A DNA stretch of 64,000 nucleotides from Nitrospirota bacterium (GTDB lineage Bacteria > Nitrospirota > Nitrospiria > Nitrospirales > Nitrospiraceae), in NCBI GenBank assembly GCA_963703955.1, contig CAVPGK010000017.1, positions 128,001-192,000 on the forward strand, in the 5' to 3' direction. The translations under genes were made by a program, and so were the position numbers. The first letter of the stretch is position 1, and each line of letters begins with the position of its first letter. Positions 41,611-51,891 of this stretch are shown here, piece after piece. The notes beneath the pieces were generated by a model that made no database searches, had not been told where the DNA came from, and saw nothing but the letters and a program-made list of their open reading frames with translations.

Positions 41611-42858
41611 ATGCGAAAAGACGAACTCATAGACGACAACCAAGAGCAGGCGGTCGCGCTGGATCTAGAGTCTGATGATCCGGAAGCTAATGATATTATT
41701 GAAGTTATTGAACGAGAATCCAACGCGTCCAGCGAGCCGGAAGTTCAGCCTGAACAGGCCGGAGTGGTCGAGAAAGAAGAGACCTCGTTTGCCTTAGAAT
41801 CTCTGTATTTTCGATCGTTTGGGCAGCGCGGGCTCTTAACTCGGGACGAAGAAATTGCCTTGGCTAAGCAGATTGATCAAGGAACGCGGGCTATTCGACG
41901 CGTCATCCGAGAGACTGTCGGAATTGCCTCACACCTGCGCAAGATTGACACAGTCCAGCAAGCGGTCGCGGAGCTTATCGAGATTCGAGGCTTGAGCGGC
42001 TTCTCCGCCACCGCCCTGGATCAGGCGGAGGAAAGCATCGCAGCGCTTGTGAAGGAAGCGAAGCAAGCCGGCCGACATGCCTATCGTGTGAAACGATTGC
42101 ACCAGTCCGCTGGTCAGATCCGTGAATCTCGCGGGATTCTTGAAAAAGCCAAGGATGAACTGGTGCGATGCAACCTTCGCCTAGTGGTCGATATCGCCAA
42201 ACATTACAACGGCCGGGGCCTTGGCCTACTGGACCTGGTTCAGGAAGGCAACATCGGGCTTATGAAAGCGGCGGAACGATATCAGTACCGTAAGGGATTT
42301 AAGTTCAGCACCTATGCCACGTGGTGGATTCGCCAAGGGATTACAAGAGCGCTCGCTGATCAGTCTCGAACCATTCGAATTCCGGTTCACATGACTGAAT
42401 CGTCACATCGTATCGTGCGAACCGCGCGTCGGCTGGCGCAGCAGCATGGACGCGAACCTCGGGCGGAAGACATCGGCAAGGTTCTGCACCTTCGAGCGGA
42501 CAAGATCCAAGAAACAATGCAGGTGTTCCAGGAGCCGATTTCTCTTGAAAACCCGATTGGGGACGGAGAAACCTTGTTTGGAGAGCTCATTGCCGACCGG
42601 AACAACATCACGCCGGACTCTCGTGTGAATCGCACCGAATTGACTCGAGAGCTGGATCGGATATTGGGAGCGCTGACGCCTCGTGAGCAAGTCGTGATTC
42701 GACTGCGGTTCGGCATCGGCCAGGATGAACCATTTACCCTTGAACAGGTTGGTCAAAACCTGTCGGTCACGCGTGAACGAATTCGTCAAATCGAAGCAAA
42801 AGCCCTCAAGAAACTCAAGACCCCCGAGATCAAGCAGATGTTTGCCGCTCTGAAATAA
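41611..42858 (+). CDS. RpoD/SigA-like sigma-70 factor (paralog lacking a clear region 1.1)
   Basis: LLTRDEE, NLRLVVDIAKHY, DLVQEGNIGLMKA, FSTYATWWIRQ, TRERIRQIEAKAL. Confidence 0.9.
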   Translation: MRKDELIDDNQEQAVALDLESDDPEANDIIEVIERESNASSEPEVQPEQAGVVEKEETSFALESLYFRSFGQRGLLTRDEEIALAKQIDQGTRAIRRVIRETVGIASHLRKIDTVQQAVAELIEIRGLSGFSATALDQAEESIAALVKEAKQAGRHAYRVKRLHQSAGQIRESRGILEKAKDELVRCNLRLVVDIAKHYNGRGLGLLDLVQEGNIGLMKAAERYQYRKGFKFSTYATWWIRQGITRALADQSRTIRIPVHMTESSHRIVRTARRLAQQHGREPRAEDIGKVLHLRADKIQETMQVFQEPISLENPIGDGETLFGELIADRNNITPDSRVNRTELTRELDRILGALTPREQVVIRLRFGIGQDEPFTLEQVGQNLSVTRERIRQIEAKALKKLKTPEIKQMFAALK

Positions 42859-43108
42859 GAGAGGCCGGCCGGGCGAGACCTGTTCTCGTCAGGCCGGAGC
42901 TTCGTAGCCCTCCACAAGAAATTCAGTCAGCCAAGGCGACCCCTTTTCTCATCAGTGACCAGGATGTAGGACGACCTGTCAACGTGAGCCGTTCGGACTT
43001 GATTCTGGCTGGCTAGACGGACGTCATCTCCAAGCTCTTCAAGAAACGACAGCATGACTTCTCAAGCAGCCGCTTCGGCACTGGCGGTCCCTTCGTGTCT
43101 TCGGTAGA

Positions 43109-44209
43109 ATGCTGAAGCCAGCCTCAACAGAGACATGGAGGTCTATGCCTGCTAGTCGAATGGTATATCTTGAAGGCCGGTTCATGACGGCGTGGAGTAT
43201 CACTCCCTTTATCGCGGTGTGTCTCGCGATTGTCGACTCGGCCGCTCAGACCATGGCTGACCCTATCGTCCAGAAGGAGTTGTCCGTTCCCGCTGTGGTA
43301 GCCATGGTTAGGCCCTCAGTCGTAACCGTGATGGTTCGGGGAATTCCTCCCAACTCCTCTCTCCATCCATCGCCTCCCGGTTCCGGGTCAGGCATCATCA
43401 TCGACGGGCAGGGCTACATTCTTACCAATAATCACTTGATAGAAGGGACAAAAGATGTAGTCATCGGTCTTCCGACCGGGCGACTTACTCCAGGTCGAGT
43501 GCTCGGTCGGGATTTTCTCCTTGACCTGGCGGTCATTAAGATCGAGGCGAAAGATCTCGTCCCCGCACGGCTCGGCCTCTCCTCGAACCTACAGATCGGC
43601 GAAACCGTGGTAGCGATTGGGAACCCCTTCGCACTGAAAGGCGGCTCAACAGTCACCGTAGGCGTGGTCAGCGCCCTGGATCGTTCGATTCTAGCTCCGA
43701 ACGGTGAAACGCTGTACGACCTCATCCAAACAGACGCGGCGATCAATCCAGGGAATAGCGGCGGTCCTCTTGTCGATTTATCCGGACGGGTGGTCGGCCT
43801 CAACGCAGCTGTCGCTCCGTCGGCACAGGCCATTAGTTATGCCATTTCGATCGACGCGGCGTATCCTCACATTCAATCCATGCTGGTGCGTGGTATGGTC
43901 TTGAGGCCGGACCTCGGATTTCTGCCGGTGACGGTGACCCCGAGCATTGTCGCCAGCTTTGCCCTCGACACCGACCGTGGGGTGTTGGCGGCGCAAGTGG
44001 AACCGTCCAAGCAAGCGGGGCAATCTGGTCTCCAAAATGGAGATGTCATTACGGCCATCGATAATACGCAGATCTACAACATGGGCGATTTCTGGCATGC
44101 ATACCTCAAGAACGAGGAACAACTTCCGGCCCAGCTCACGGTCTACGGAAAAAATGGCCAGATGACCGTGTCGCTCCCGCGTGCTCCGGTTCCGCACGCA
44201 TCACGTTAA
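43109..44209 (+). CDS. HtrA-like trypsin serine protease with PDZ
   Basis: TNNHL, DLAVIKI, QTDAAINPGNSGG. Start uncertain. Confidence 0.88.
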   Translation: MLKPASTETWRSMPASRMVYLEGRFMTAWSITPFIAVCLAIVDSAAQTMADPIVQKELSVPAVVAMVRPSVVTVMVRGIPPNSSLHPSPPGSGSGIIIDGQGYILTNNHLIEGTKDVVIGLPTGRLTPGRVLGRDFLLDLAVIKIEAKDLVPARLGLSSNLQIGETVVAIGNPFALKGGSTVTVGVVSALDRSILAPNGETLYDLIQTDAAINPGNSGGPLVDLSGRVVGLNAAVAPSAQAISYAISIDAAYPHIQSMLVRGMVLRPDLGFLPVTVTPSIVASFALDTDRGVLAAQVEPSKQAGQSGLQNGDVITAIDNTQIYNMGDFWHAYLKNEEQLPAQLTVYGKNGQMTVSLPRAPVPHASR

Positions 44210-44276
44210 TGCTTCGGGTTGTCGAAGGCCATCAGGCGGCGGGCATGACGGACATGGAGCGCTCTGCGAGAGATCG

Positions 44277-45020
44277 ATGACCTGTTCAGCGACATTGCTC
44301 ACCTACGGTCGGATGAACTATGCCTCAGCATGGGCACTGCAGCGGGCGTTCTTGGAGGAGAGAATTGAGGATCGGCGCATGGATACACTGATCGTGCTCG
44401 AGCACGAGCCGGTCTTCACTATTGGTCGGGTCTGTCAGCGAGAGCACTGTGACGAGAACAGCCTTCTCAAGGCCGGCTATCCGATCTATCATGTGGAACG
44501 GGGCGGATCGGTGACGTACCATGGACCTGGACAAATTGTGGGGTATCCGATCTTGCGTCTTGCCCGATACTGCGCAGGCCCCAAGACCTACATACGAATG
44601 CTTGAAGAGGTGGTGATTCGCACCCTCGCGGATTGGGGCATAACGGGCTCACGGACGGAGAAGCTGCCCGGTGTCTGGGTCGGTCAGGAGAAAATTGCCG
44701 CCGTAGGTGTACGCATCATCCGCGGTGTGACGATGCATGGATTTGCGCTCAATGCGACGGTGGACCTGGCTCCGTTTGCGCGGATCGTTCCGTGCGGAAT
44801 TGCTGGATGCCGCGTCACCTCGATGGCCCGTCTGTTGGGCAATTCTGTCGATGTTCTCAAGGTCGGGCAACGGATAACAGGAGTGTTTGCGGACATCTTT
44901 GGACTGGAATGGATCGAACAGGTGACCGCTAGTGGAACAAACGAAAGGGCATCAGCCTTGCGGACAAGTGAGACATCGCCGCATGCCAACACTGATGAAC
45001 TTGGTATGAGAATGGCCTGA
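44277..45020 (+). CDS. lipB: Octanoyltransferase
   Basis: LEHEPVFTIG, ERGGSVTYHGPGQ, KIAAVG, MHGFALN, IVPCGI. Confidence 0.94.
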   Translation: MTCSATLLTYGRMNYASAWALQRAFLEERIEDRRMDTLIVLEHEPVFTIGRVCQREHCDENSLLKAGYPIYHVERGGSVTYHGPGQIVGYPILRLARYCAGPKTYIRMLEEVVIRTLADWGITGSRTEKLPGVWVGQEKIAAVGVRIIRGVTMHGFALNATVDLAPFARIVPCGIAGCRVTSMARLLGNSVDVLKVGQRITGVFADIFGLEWIEQVTASGTNERASALRTSETSPHANTDELGMRMA

Positions 45021-45022
45021 GC

Positions 45023-46294
45023 ATGGGAACGCAACCGATGAATGAGTTGGATAACCCCACCTTTCGGCTAGCGGTCGCTCAGTTCGATCGGGCCGCCGAG
45101 CTGATGGAGCTGGACTCGAATCTTCGCGAGCGTCTCAAGGCGCCCGAGCGCTCACTCATCGTGAGCATTCCAGTGAGAATGGACAATGGCGCAGTCCAGG
45201 TGTTCACGGGGTATCGCGTGCAGCACGATTCCTCCCGAGGACCCTCCAAGGGAGGGATCCGATATCATCCCGATGTCAATCTCGGGGAGGTGGCCGCCCT
45301 CGCCATGTGGATGACCTGGAAATGCGCCCTGGCTGGGTTGCCCTACGGCGGAGCGAAGGGCGGTGTCCGGGTGGCTCCGAAGCAGCTTTCACGCGACGAG
45401 TTACAGCGGCTGACCCGCCGCTATGCCGCAGAAATCTTTCCGCTGATCGGACCGGATAAGGACGTTCCGGCACCAGACGTGGGCACCGATGCCCAGGTCA
45501 TGGCCTGGATCATGGATACCTATAGCCAGCAAGTGGGATTCGCTGTGCGAGGCGTGGTAACCGGCAAACCGTTATGCATCGGTGGCAGTCTCGGACGTGA
45601 AGAGGCTACTGGGCGCGGCGTGGTCTACGTAACACTGGAAGCGATGCGTCACCTCGGCCTGGATATCCGTCACGCGACCGTCGCTATCCAGGGGTTCGGC
45701 AATGTCGGGTCCAACACCGCACGGATCATGAGAGACGAGGGCGCGAAGGTCATTGCGGTGAGTGACGTATCAGGTGGTATCTATAACGCGAAAGGTCTGG
45801 ACATCCCGGAGTTACTCAGACGATACCAAGTGGAGCGTCAGCCGCTTCGTGACACCAAGTTGGGGGAGTGGATCAGCAACGAAGACCTATTAGAGCTGGA
45901 TTGCACGGTGCTGGTCCCTGCGGCTCTTTCTGAACAGATCACCGCGAAGAACGCCGCCAAGCTGCAGTGCAGAATCCTCGCGGAGGGAGCGAATGGCCCG
46001 ACCACGCTCGAGGCGGATCAGATTCTAACGGAGAGGGGCGTGTTCATCGTCCCGGACATCCTTGCCAATTCCGGTGGCGTGATCGTCTCCTATTTCGAGT
46101 GGGTTCAGGACGCCCAGCGATTTTTCTGGAAGGCGACGGATATCCAGGGCCGGCTGCATGAAATTATCACGGCGGCCTTTCAGCGAACGCTGGAGTTTTC
46201 GAAGGCGCAACGGGCGACCATGCGGATGGCGGCTCTCATGAATGGTATCGACCGCGTGGCACAGGCGCATCTGGCGCGTGGCCTCTATCCATAA
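45023..46294 (+). CDS. gdhA: Glu/Leu/Phe/Val dehydrogenase (glutamate dehydrogenase)
   Basis: GPSKGGIRYHP, GGAKGG, DVPAPDVGT, QGFGNVG, EGANGP. Confidence 0.92.
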   Translation: MGTQPMNELDNPTFRLAVAQFDRAAELMELDSNLRERLKAPERSLIVSIPVRMDNGAVQVFTGYRVQHDSSRGPSKGGIRYHPDVNLGEVAALAMWMTWKCALAGLPYGGAKGGVRVAPKQLSRDELQRLTRRYAAEIFPLIGPDKDVPAPDVGTDAQVMAWIMDTYSQQVGFAVRGVVTGKPLCIGGSLGREEATGRGVVYVTLEAMRHLGLDIRHATVAIQGFGNVGSNTARIMRDEGAKVIAVSDVSGGIYNAKGLDIPELLRRYQVERQPLRDTKLGEWISNEDLLELDCTVLVPAALSEQITAKNAAKLQCRILAEGANGPTTLEADQILTERGVFIVPDILANSGGVIVSYFEWVQDAQRFFWKATDIQGRLHEIITAAFQRTLEFSKAQRATMRMAALMNGIDRVAQAHLARGLYP

Positions 46295-46347
46295 CGGATG
46301 CGAACCGTTATTCGTGATTCTTTGTGCCACGCGAGTAGCGTCATCTC

Positions 46348-46734
46348 ATGAAATATTTCCTGGCAGCGATCGCGGGTATTTGGATGGCTGATGGGCTTGC
46401 CTTGCTCGTGGCGCCCCGCCATGTGATCGCGCGTGTTCGTGAGGTCTTGAGCCTGTCCCCGAGAATGCTGCGATGGGAGGGCGTGGCGGCCTCACTCGGC
46501 ATTCTGTTAGTCATCGGCGCCCAGGAGCTTCACTACCAATTGCTGTGGACGATTGCGGGCCTGACGATGCTGCTGAAAGGGTTGTTCCTAACTGCGGGGC
46601 CCGACCAGTGGCGGCATCAAGTGCTGGAGTGGTGCCTTCGACGCGAAGAGGTTGACTACCGGTTCTGGGGGCTAGGGCTTTGCATGTTGGCGATTCTGCT
46701 CCTTCATGCTCTGGGCTGGGTCGGATCTCAGTGA
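46348..46734 (+). CDS. Small integral membrane protein
   Basis: About four hydrophobic segments in 128 aa. Confidence 0.75.
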   Translation: MKYFLAAIAGIWMADGLALLVAPRHVIARVREVLSLSPRMLRWEGVAASLGILLVIGAQELHYQLLWTIAGLTMLLKGLFLTAGPDQWRHQVLEWCLRREEVDYRFWGLGLCMLAILLLHALGWVGSQ

Positions 46735-46771
46735 GAGCGGGTCCAATGGAAGACTCACGGGAAGAGGTGCG

Positions 46772-47062
46772 ATGAACGACATTCTCTCGCTGTGGCAAGT
46801 GCACCGGGACGCGGGCTGGCCAAAGGTCTCGGGGTCTCATGAGGGAGAGTTGATGACATTGGACACCGTAATCAGCGGATGCGTCACATACTTCTTAGAA
46901 TCGGAGGATGGCCTCGACCCGCAACGCGTCGAAATTCTCGAAAGTTGCCTGGCTGACTTGAATGGGTTGCTGCCTGATCTGGCTGATGAAGCCGGACCAT
47001 ATTTCGAACGGCTGCGCCGGCTGGCCGATCTGCTCTTGACCGCACATCACGGCCATCAATGA
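46772..47062 (+). CDS. Hypothetical helical protein
   Basis: ATG after GAGG; 96 aa; followed by a hairpin. Confidence 0.65.
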   Translation: MNDILSLWQVHRDAGWPKVSGSHEGELMTLDTVISGCVTYFLESEDGLDPQRVEILESCLADLNGLLPDLADEAGPYFERLRRLADLLLTAHHGHQ

Positions 47063-47097
47063 GAACGAGCGGCTCCGCACGCGCAGCCGCTTCGTTC
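47063..47097. terminator. Hairpin at the end of the gdhA operon
   Basis: GAACGAGCGGCT...AGCCGCTTCGTTC inverted repeat right after the stop; no clear U-tract. Confidence 0.45.
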
Positions 47098-47443
47098 ATC
47101 AGGTTCACATCAATTCCACAATGCCCTTCTTCATCGGTCCGAGAAGGCCAACAGTTCCCTCTTTACCGGCTGAGGCCCTTTGAACTTGTTCAGCGTTGCC
47201 ATGTGGTCTTCCAGCCCTTGAAGTCACCGGATGTGATCCTCACGTCGGCATGGGTGATGTTCATGTCACGACCGAGCTACGTATCCTTGCTAAATCCAAG
47301 CGTCCGAAGCAGGGTTCTGTTCCTTGCAAGTTCATGGTTGGTCCGTTACAATGGACTTGGTTCTACTTCTTCACGCTTAATATCACCCTGACCACACCTG
47401 TACCTGTTTGTAACGTTGACGCTCTCTTGTTAAGGAGGAACGA

Positions 47444-47977
47444 ATGGACTGGCGACAGTGGAGACGCGTACTTGTCTCGTTCAGTTTTCTACTCGCCGCG
47501 GGTTTGATGGAAATCGCGAAGGCGGAACCATATGAGCTCAGCAAGAATGATGTCATGGATCCAAAGAATGTGAAGAGTACAGAGATCTCATTGTTCGGTG
47601 TCAAGCTCGGAGATCCGGAAAGCAAGGCCTACGACATTCTCGTGAATGAAAAAATCCCTGGGGTGAAAGCCGAGCAGGAGGCGACGTTTATCCTACTCTT
47701 GGATCAGCGGAAGCCGACGGGTCCAATGGCGGGCGTTCGGGTTCTTGATGGAAAGGTGGACCTGATCTTTATCAATAATCGGTTTGCCTACAAGGCGAGA
47801 GGGATCTTTCGAAATGTGCTCAACAGCGAAAGCCCCGACGAAATCCGCAAACTGCTTGGTAAGGAAGACTACGGTGACGAAAACGTCATGGGCGCGGTGA
47901 TGAACTATGAAAAGCAGGGGTTTCTGGTCAACTATCTGGGCAAAGACGTCAACATAGAATTCAATTCCCCTCAGTAA
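47444..47977 (+). CDS. Exported hypothetical protein
   Basis: AAGGAGG RBS and a signal peptide ending AKA-E. Confidence 0.8.
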   Translation: MDWRQWRRVLVSFSFLLAAGLMEIAKAEPYELSKNDVMDPKNVKSTEISLFGVKLGDPESKAYDILVNEKIPGVKAEQEATFILLLDQRKPTGPMAGVRVLDGKVDLIFINNRFAYKARGIFRNVLNSESPDEIRKLLGKEDYGDENVMGAVMNYEKQGFLVNYLGKDVNIEFNSPQ

Positions 47978-48195
47978 GCCCGTCATCCGCGCAGCATCCT
48001 CTCCCTGGATCACACGAATTTGGCGCTTTGCGTCATCGTGCCGGCGGCCCCTGCTTGATCACTGGCGAGACAACCCTGTACGGAAAATGGCGGGGCTTTT
48101 CCGAAAGTCGAAGTTAGGCCGCTCAAGATCACTATCGACGCACGAACCCGTCGGCCGTGAGCACATCACCCGTTGCGTATGACATTGTCTGTGCG

Positions 48196-49122
48196 CTAGC
48201 GCAGGGCGGTCGGTGTCAGGTGAGGTGTCCGGAGTCCGTAGTTGATGAGATGCGTGGCGGTATTCCATCGACGGGGCGAATGGAGCAAGACCAAGAGAAG
48301 TTCTTTGCCTTCGTGCGAAACTTTGGCGATCAAGCACCGCCCGGCTTTCGAGGTAAACCCGGTCTTGACCCCTTCAATTCCGGGCAACCGGCCGAGCAGT
48401 CGGTTTGTCGTGCGAAGCAGATAGGACCGGTTGGTATTCACGGCGCTGATCACTTCCCGCTCTTCCTTGACGAAGGCTCGAAAAACAGGATGCTGTAAGG
48501 CAATCTCGCTCAGGGCCGCTAGATCATGCGCGGTGGTGTAGTGCTCTGGAGCGTCGAACCCGCACGCATTGCTGAAGTGCGTATCGACCAATCCTAGGGC
48601 CAGGGCCTTCTCATTCATCAAGCGCACAAACTGCTCTTCTGTCCCTCCGACGTGCATAGCGGCTGCGAGACAGGCGTCATTAGCAGACGTCATGAGCATG
48701 GCCTTGACGAGATCCGTCAACCGAAAGACTTGGCCGGCGCGAAGTCGCAAGCGGATCTTGTGAGCCAAAGCTGCCTCGCGACTGACAGTCGTCAAGTCAT
48801 CCAAATCCCCATGCTCCAGGATCACCAAGGCAGTCATGATTTTCGTGAGGCTAGCCGGCGAGAGTCGACGGCCGGATTCGAATTCGTACAGAATCCTGCC
48901 GGTGGTCTGATCCTTCAGCAAAATACTTTCAGCCGGCACACGGTAGCCGGGAAATATTCTGAGTGGTTTGAGACCGTGTGAGAATTGGATTTTCGGATGG
49001 TACCGGGACGATGGGACGTAGGGATCGGCGTCGGAGCGGGAGTGGCTGCAGCAGAGTCCCACGAGCGTGGCCAAGAGGATCAAGGCAAACCGTGATCCTA
49101 GAAAGCCGAGACATCCATTCAT
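48196..49122 (-). CDS. D-alanyl-D-alanine carboxypeptidase (peptidase S11)
   Basis: PASLTK (SxxK), SAN (SxN) and KTG motifs. Start uncertain. Confidence 0.9.
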   Translation of the reverse strand: MNGCLGFLGSRFALILLATLVGLCCSHSRSDADPYVPSSRYHPKIQFSHGLKPLRIFPGYRVPAESILLKDQTTGRILYEFESGRRLSPASLTKIMTALVILEHGDLDDLTTVSREAALAHKIRLRLRAGQVFRLTDLVKAMLMTSANDACLAAAMHVGGTEEQFVRLMNEKALALGLVDTHFSNACGFDAPEHYTTAHDLAALSEIALQHPVFRAFVKEEREVISAVNTNRSYLLRTTNRLLGRLPGIEGVKTGFTSKAGRCLIAKVSHEGKELLLVLLHSPRRWNTATHLINYGLRTPHLTPTALR

Positions 49123-49162
49123 ACGGTCAGGTCGGCCCACAGCAAGGCTCATCGTTGGACCA

Positions 49163-49351
49163 TCAGAGGGTGAGCGTCTCACGAACTTTCGATCCGCGAA
49201 ACCCGCTGTCGAGCACTTTGTGGAAGAACCTCAATAGGTCCGCAAGGTCCAGCCAGAACCCGCAATTGAGGCATCGGGCGTAGAGTCGACGGTTGAGCAG
49301 TGTATAGTGCCGCTCCACCATCATATAGCCTTTGCATTTCAAGCAGTTCAT
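49163..49351 (-). CDS. 62-aa zinc-ribbon-like microprotein
   Basis: MNCLKCKGYMMVER...RCLNCG. Confidence 0.65.
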   Translation of the reverse strand: MNCLKCKGYMMVERHYTLLNRRLYARCLNCGFWLDLADLLRFFHKVLDSGFRGSKVRETLTL

Positions 49352-49456
49352 TCCGGGATACGTTCCGTCGTGTCTCAGTCATGTGAGGTGTGAACCCGCG
49401 GCGATCTTCCGGCTTCTACCCCGTGCCCGATCAGGGTGTCAAGCAAATTATGCCGG

Positions 49457-49657
49457 TCACCGAAGACGATTCATGATGAGGGCGAGACACCCGGCGAGCA
49501 GTCCACCACCCAAGATCGTCATGGCAAACGTCACAAATGCACCGGTCCTTCCGGTTGGTCTCGGGGCGTAGAACAGATCATGAACCCCTCCCTGCACCAT
49601 CAGGACGGATAAGGTTGTCAGCGCTCCCATACTGAACCACCAAACAAAGGTCCTCAC
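49457..49657 (-). CDS. Small two-TM membrane protein
   Basis: Two hydrophobic helices in 66 aa. Confidence 0.55.
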   Translation of the reverse strand: MRTFVWWFSMGALTTLSVLMVQGGVHDLFYAPRPTGRTGAFVTFAMTILGGGLLAGCLALIMNRLR

Positions 49658-49762
49658 CGCTCTGCCCTACATCCGCTCGTGACGCTGAAGAATCAGCGCC
49701 TTTGCCAATCTAGCCGAGGGGTTGCTAACTGTCAAGGATGGAGTCTCGAGCGTCATGGCCGG

Positions 49763-50983
49763 TCATGATGCGGTCTGAGCGGGCGGCGGGGTCACGGCTC
49801 GTAACCCTCTATGCAGGAAGATGGAGATGCTCCCTGCTCCGTTGTTGGCCGTAACTAATCCGGGCTCCTCAGACTCCTTAGTCGTCAAATGGAGTGTGGC
49901 AAGTGCAAAAGGGCCACCGCGAGTTCGGTAGTTCATCGGAGGATAGCGAAACGTACCATCCCCGCGACCGTACAGGATCGAGAGGTCGTTCGACTGCACG
50001 TTGACAATCGCGACGTCGGTGAGTCGATCCCCGTCGAAATCCCGCGCCAGCCCATAGACGGGACCTGCATCGGCTCCCGCTTCAATTCCCTTTTGGAATG
50101 TGCCGTCTCCATTGCCAAGAAAGGTGGTGAACGTATCCATTTCTCCATTGATGACCAGGAGGTCGGCCATACGATCGCCGTTGAAGTCCGCGAAGGAGAC
50201 GACGAGTGGCCGCTTGCCCGTGCGATAGTCGGTCGGCTGTCGGAAGGTCCCGTCCCCGTTGCCCAACCAGATCGACACCGCGCTGCTCATCGGCCCCCCA
50301 TTTGACACCGCCAAGTCAAGCTTTCCGTCCCGGTCCAAATCAGCGACCGCGAGTGAAGTCGGCGTGTCCCCGTACTCGTACTGCGGACCGTCCGAGAAGG
50401 TTCCGTCTCCCTCTCCCAGTAGGACCTTCACCTTATCATTACGAAGGGCCGAAACCAGGTCCGGCTTCTGGTCTCCGTTCAGATCGGCGCTGGCAATGGA
50501 AACGGGGGTTTTGTGTACGCTGTATCGTTGTCCGACGCCGAACGTCCCGTTTGCCAGACCGAAAAAAAGGGCGATTTGATCGCTTCCCGAACAGGCGACG
50601 GCAATGTCCAGCACACCGTCGTTATTGAAATCGTTCAGCGTGAGGGCTCGCGGTTCTTTGGCCACCTGAATTTGGATGTGCTCCTTGAACGTCCCGTCGC
50701 CATTACCGAACAGGACGGACAGAGAGCTGTCGCCGATATTCGTCGTGATCAAATCCGTTAGTCCGTCCTGATCAAAGTCGGCGGTTGTCACGGATGTGGG
50801 GTTTTTTCCAACGTTATAGGTGGCGAACAGATAGAAGACATCGGGAGGAACGTAAGGATCCTTTTGAGAACACGCACCGGCTGCCAGCAGGACCAGGAGC
50901 AACGTGACGAGACAGCAAGTCAATCCCATGCGGTGAAAGGCCAGTAATGGAGCGATCTGCGCCTCGACAGTGTTGGTTGGCAT
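49763..50983 (-). CDS. FG-GAP/VCBS-repeat beta-propeller lipoprotein
   Basis: Repeated D(F/L)xxDGxxD...G(N/E)GDGTF units and lipobox AAGA-C. Confidence 0.88.
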   Translation of the reverse strand: MPTNTVEAQIAPLLAFHRMGLTCCLVTLLLVLLAAGACSQKDPYVPPDVFYLFATYNVGKNPTSVTTADFDQDGLTDLITTNIGDSSLSVLFGNGDGTFKEHIQIQVAKEPRALTLNDFNNDGVLDIAVACSGSDQIALFFGLANGTFGVGQRYSVHKTPVSIASADLNGDQKPDLVSALRNDKVKVLLGEGDGTFSDGPQYEYGDTPTSLAVADLDRDGKLDLAVSNGGPMSSAVSIWLGNGDGTFRQPTDYRTGKRPLVVSFADFNGDRMADLLVINGEMDTFTTFLGNGDGTFQKGIEAGADAGPVYGLARDFDGDRLTDVAIVNVQSNDLSILYGRGDGTFRYPPMNYRTRGGPFALATLHLTTKESEEPGLVTANNGAGSISIFLHRGLRAVTPPPAQTAS

Positions 50984-51125
50984 CGTAGCGTGTCCGAGTA
51001 TACCCAGCCATCTTTAAGTTTCGCAATGACGAAGCCGGGTCGGATGCCTCCAAGACGGACGGTTCTTTTCACTAGAAGAAGCCCGTGGGAATGAGGTAAG
51101 ATACCGCCAACCGAGGAGGCGGATC

Positions 51126-51449
51126 ATGGGAGAAGAGAAGGTCAAAATCGAACTGACAATGTATGGAATCGCCGAAATCATCAAATGGTGTGTGGAAAGG
51201 AACAACGGCAGAATACCGGGCGTTGATACGGAGGGCTTTAAAAAGATGAAGACACTGCTAGCAGAACGTCCGCAGGTGAGTGATTATTATACGCTGGATC
51301 AGTTCTGGAAAAAACCCGTTGTCTTGGAGTTCACGCAGCAAGAGGTTGAGACGATTGACCGGTGCCTGTACGACATCCCAAATTTTGAGAACGTTCAACT
51401 TCCGCAAATCAGACACAAATTCTGGCCGAAAGAGTCGGCTGCCCATTGA
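51126..51449 (+). CDS. Hypothetical protein
   Basis: GAGGAGG RBS; 107 aa. Confidence 0.8.
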   Translation: MGEEKVKIELTMYGIAEIIKWCVERNNGRIPGVDTEGFKKMKTLLAERPQVSDYYTLDQFWKKPVVLEFTQQEVETIDRCLYDIPNFENVQLPQIRHKFWPKESAAH

Positions 51450-51569
51450 GCGATCTCTCGGCTCCTGCATTCACCCGCTCTCCGCCCGCGGAGCAGCCCG
51501 GATATTGTTTGCCTCTATCCGACAGTCCCTGGCCTTGCCAAAACGGCATAGCTGTGTTTAATTAAACTG

Positions 51570-51647
51570 GGTGGAGGACTTACTTTGGTTGTGCCCCGAA
51601 GTAAGGACGTCTCTCATCCTCCTGTAGAGATGTCCCCTCCACCTTTT
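51570..51647 (+). ncRNA. Candidate three-way-junction structured RNA ending in a U-tract
   Basis: P1 GGTGGAGG/CCTCCACC, P2 CTTACTTTGG/CCGAAGTAAG, P3 GGACGTCTCT/AGAGATGTCC. Both non-Watson-Crick pairs are G-U on the + strand. Confidence 0.4.
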
Positions 51648-51891
51648 CTCTTCTCCTGATACCCTCTGCTCATCTTGTTCTTGAGGCGCACACGAGCGCT
51701 TACCGGAGCGCAATTGTTGACCTTCCGGCGAACCCCCTGCCGTATATAGAAAGTCAGATCGATGTGGAATGAGGGGAAGGAGGGACCTAGGCTTCTCCGG
51801 TAGATCGAGGATGGTCTCCTAGCCTATGAAATGGGCTGTTCAGAGGAGCACGGTTTGACCAGGTGTCCTGACCCGGAAGAGCCGGCTGGTA

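Noticed and set aside
47100..47440. Short ORFs in the intergenic gap
   Set aside because: No supported start or motif on either strand.
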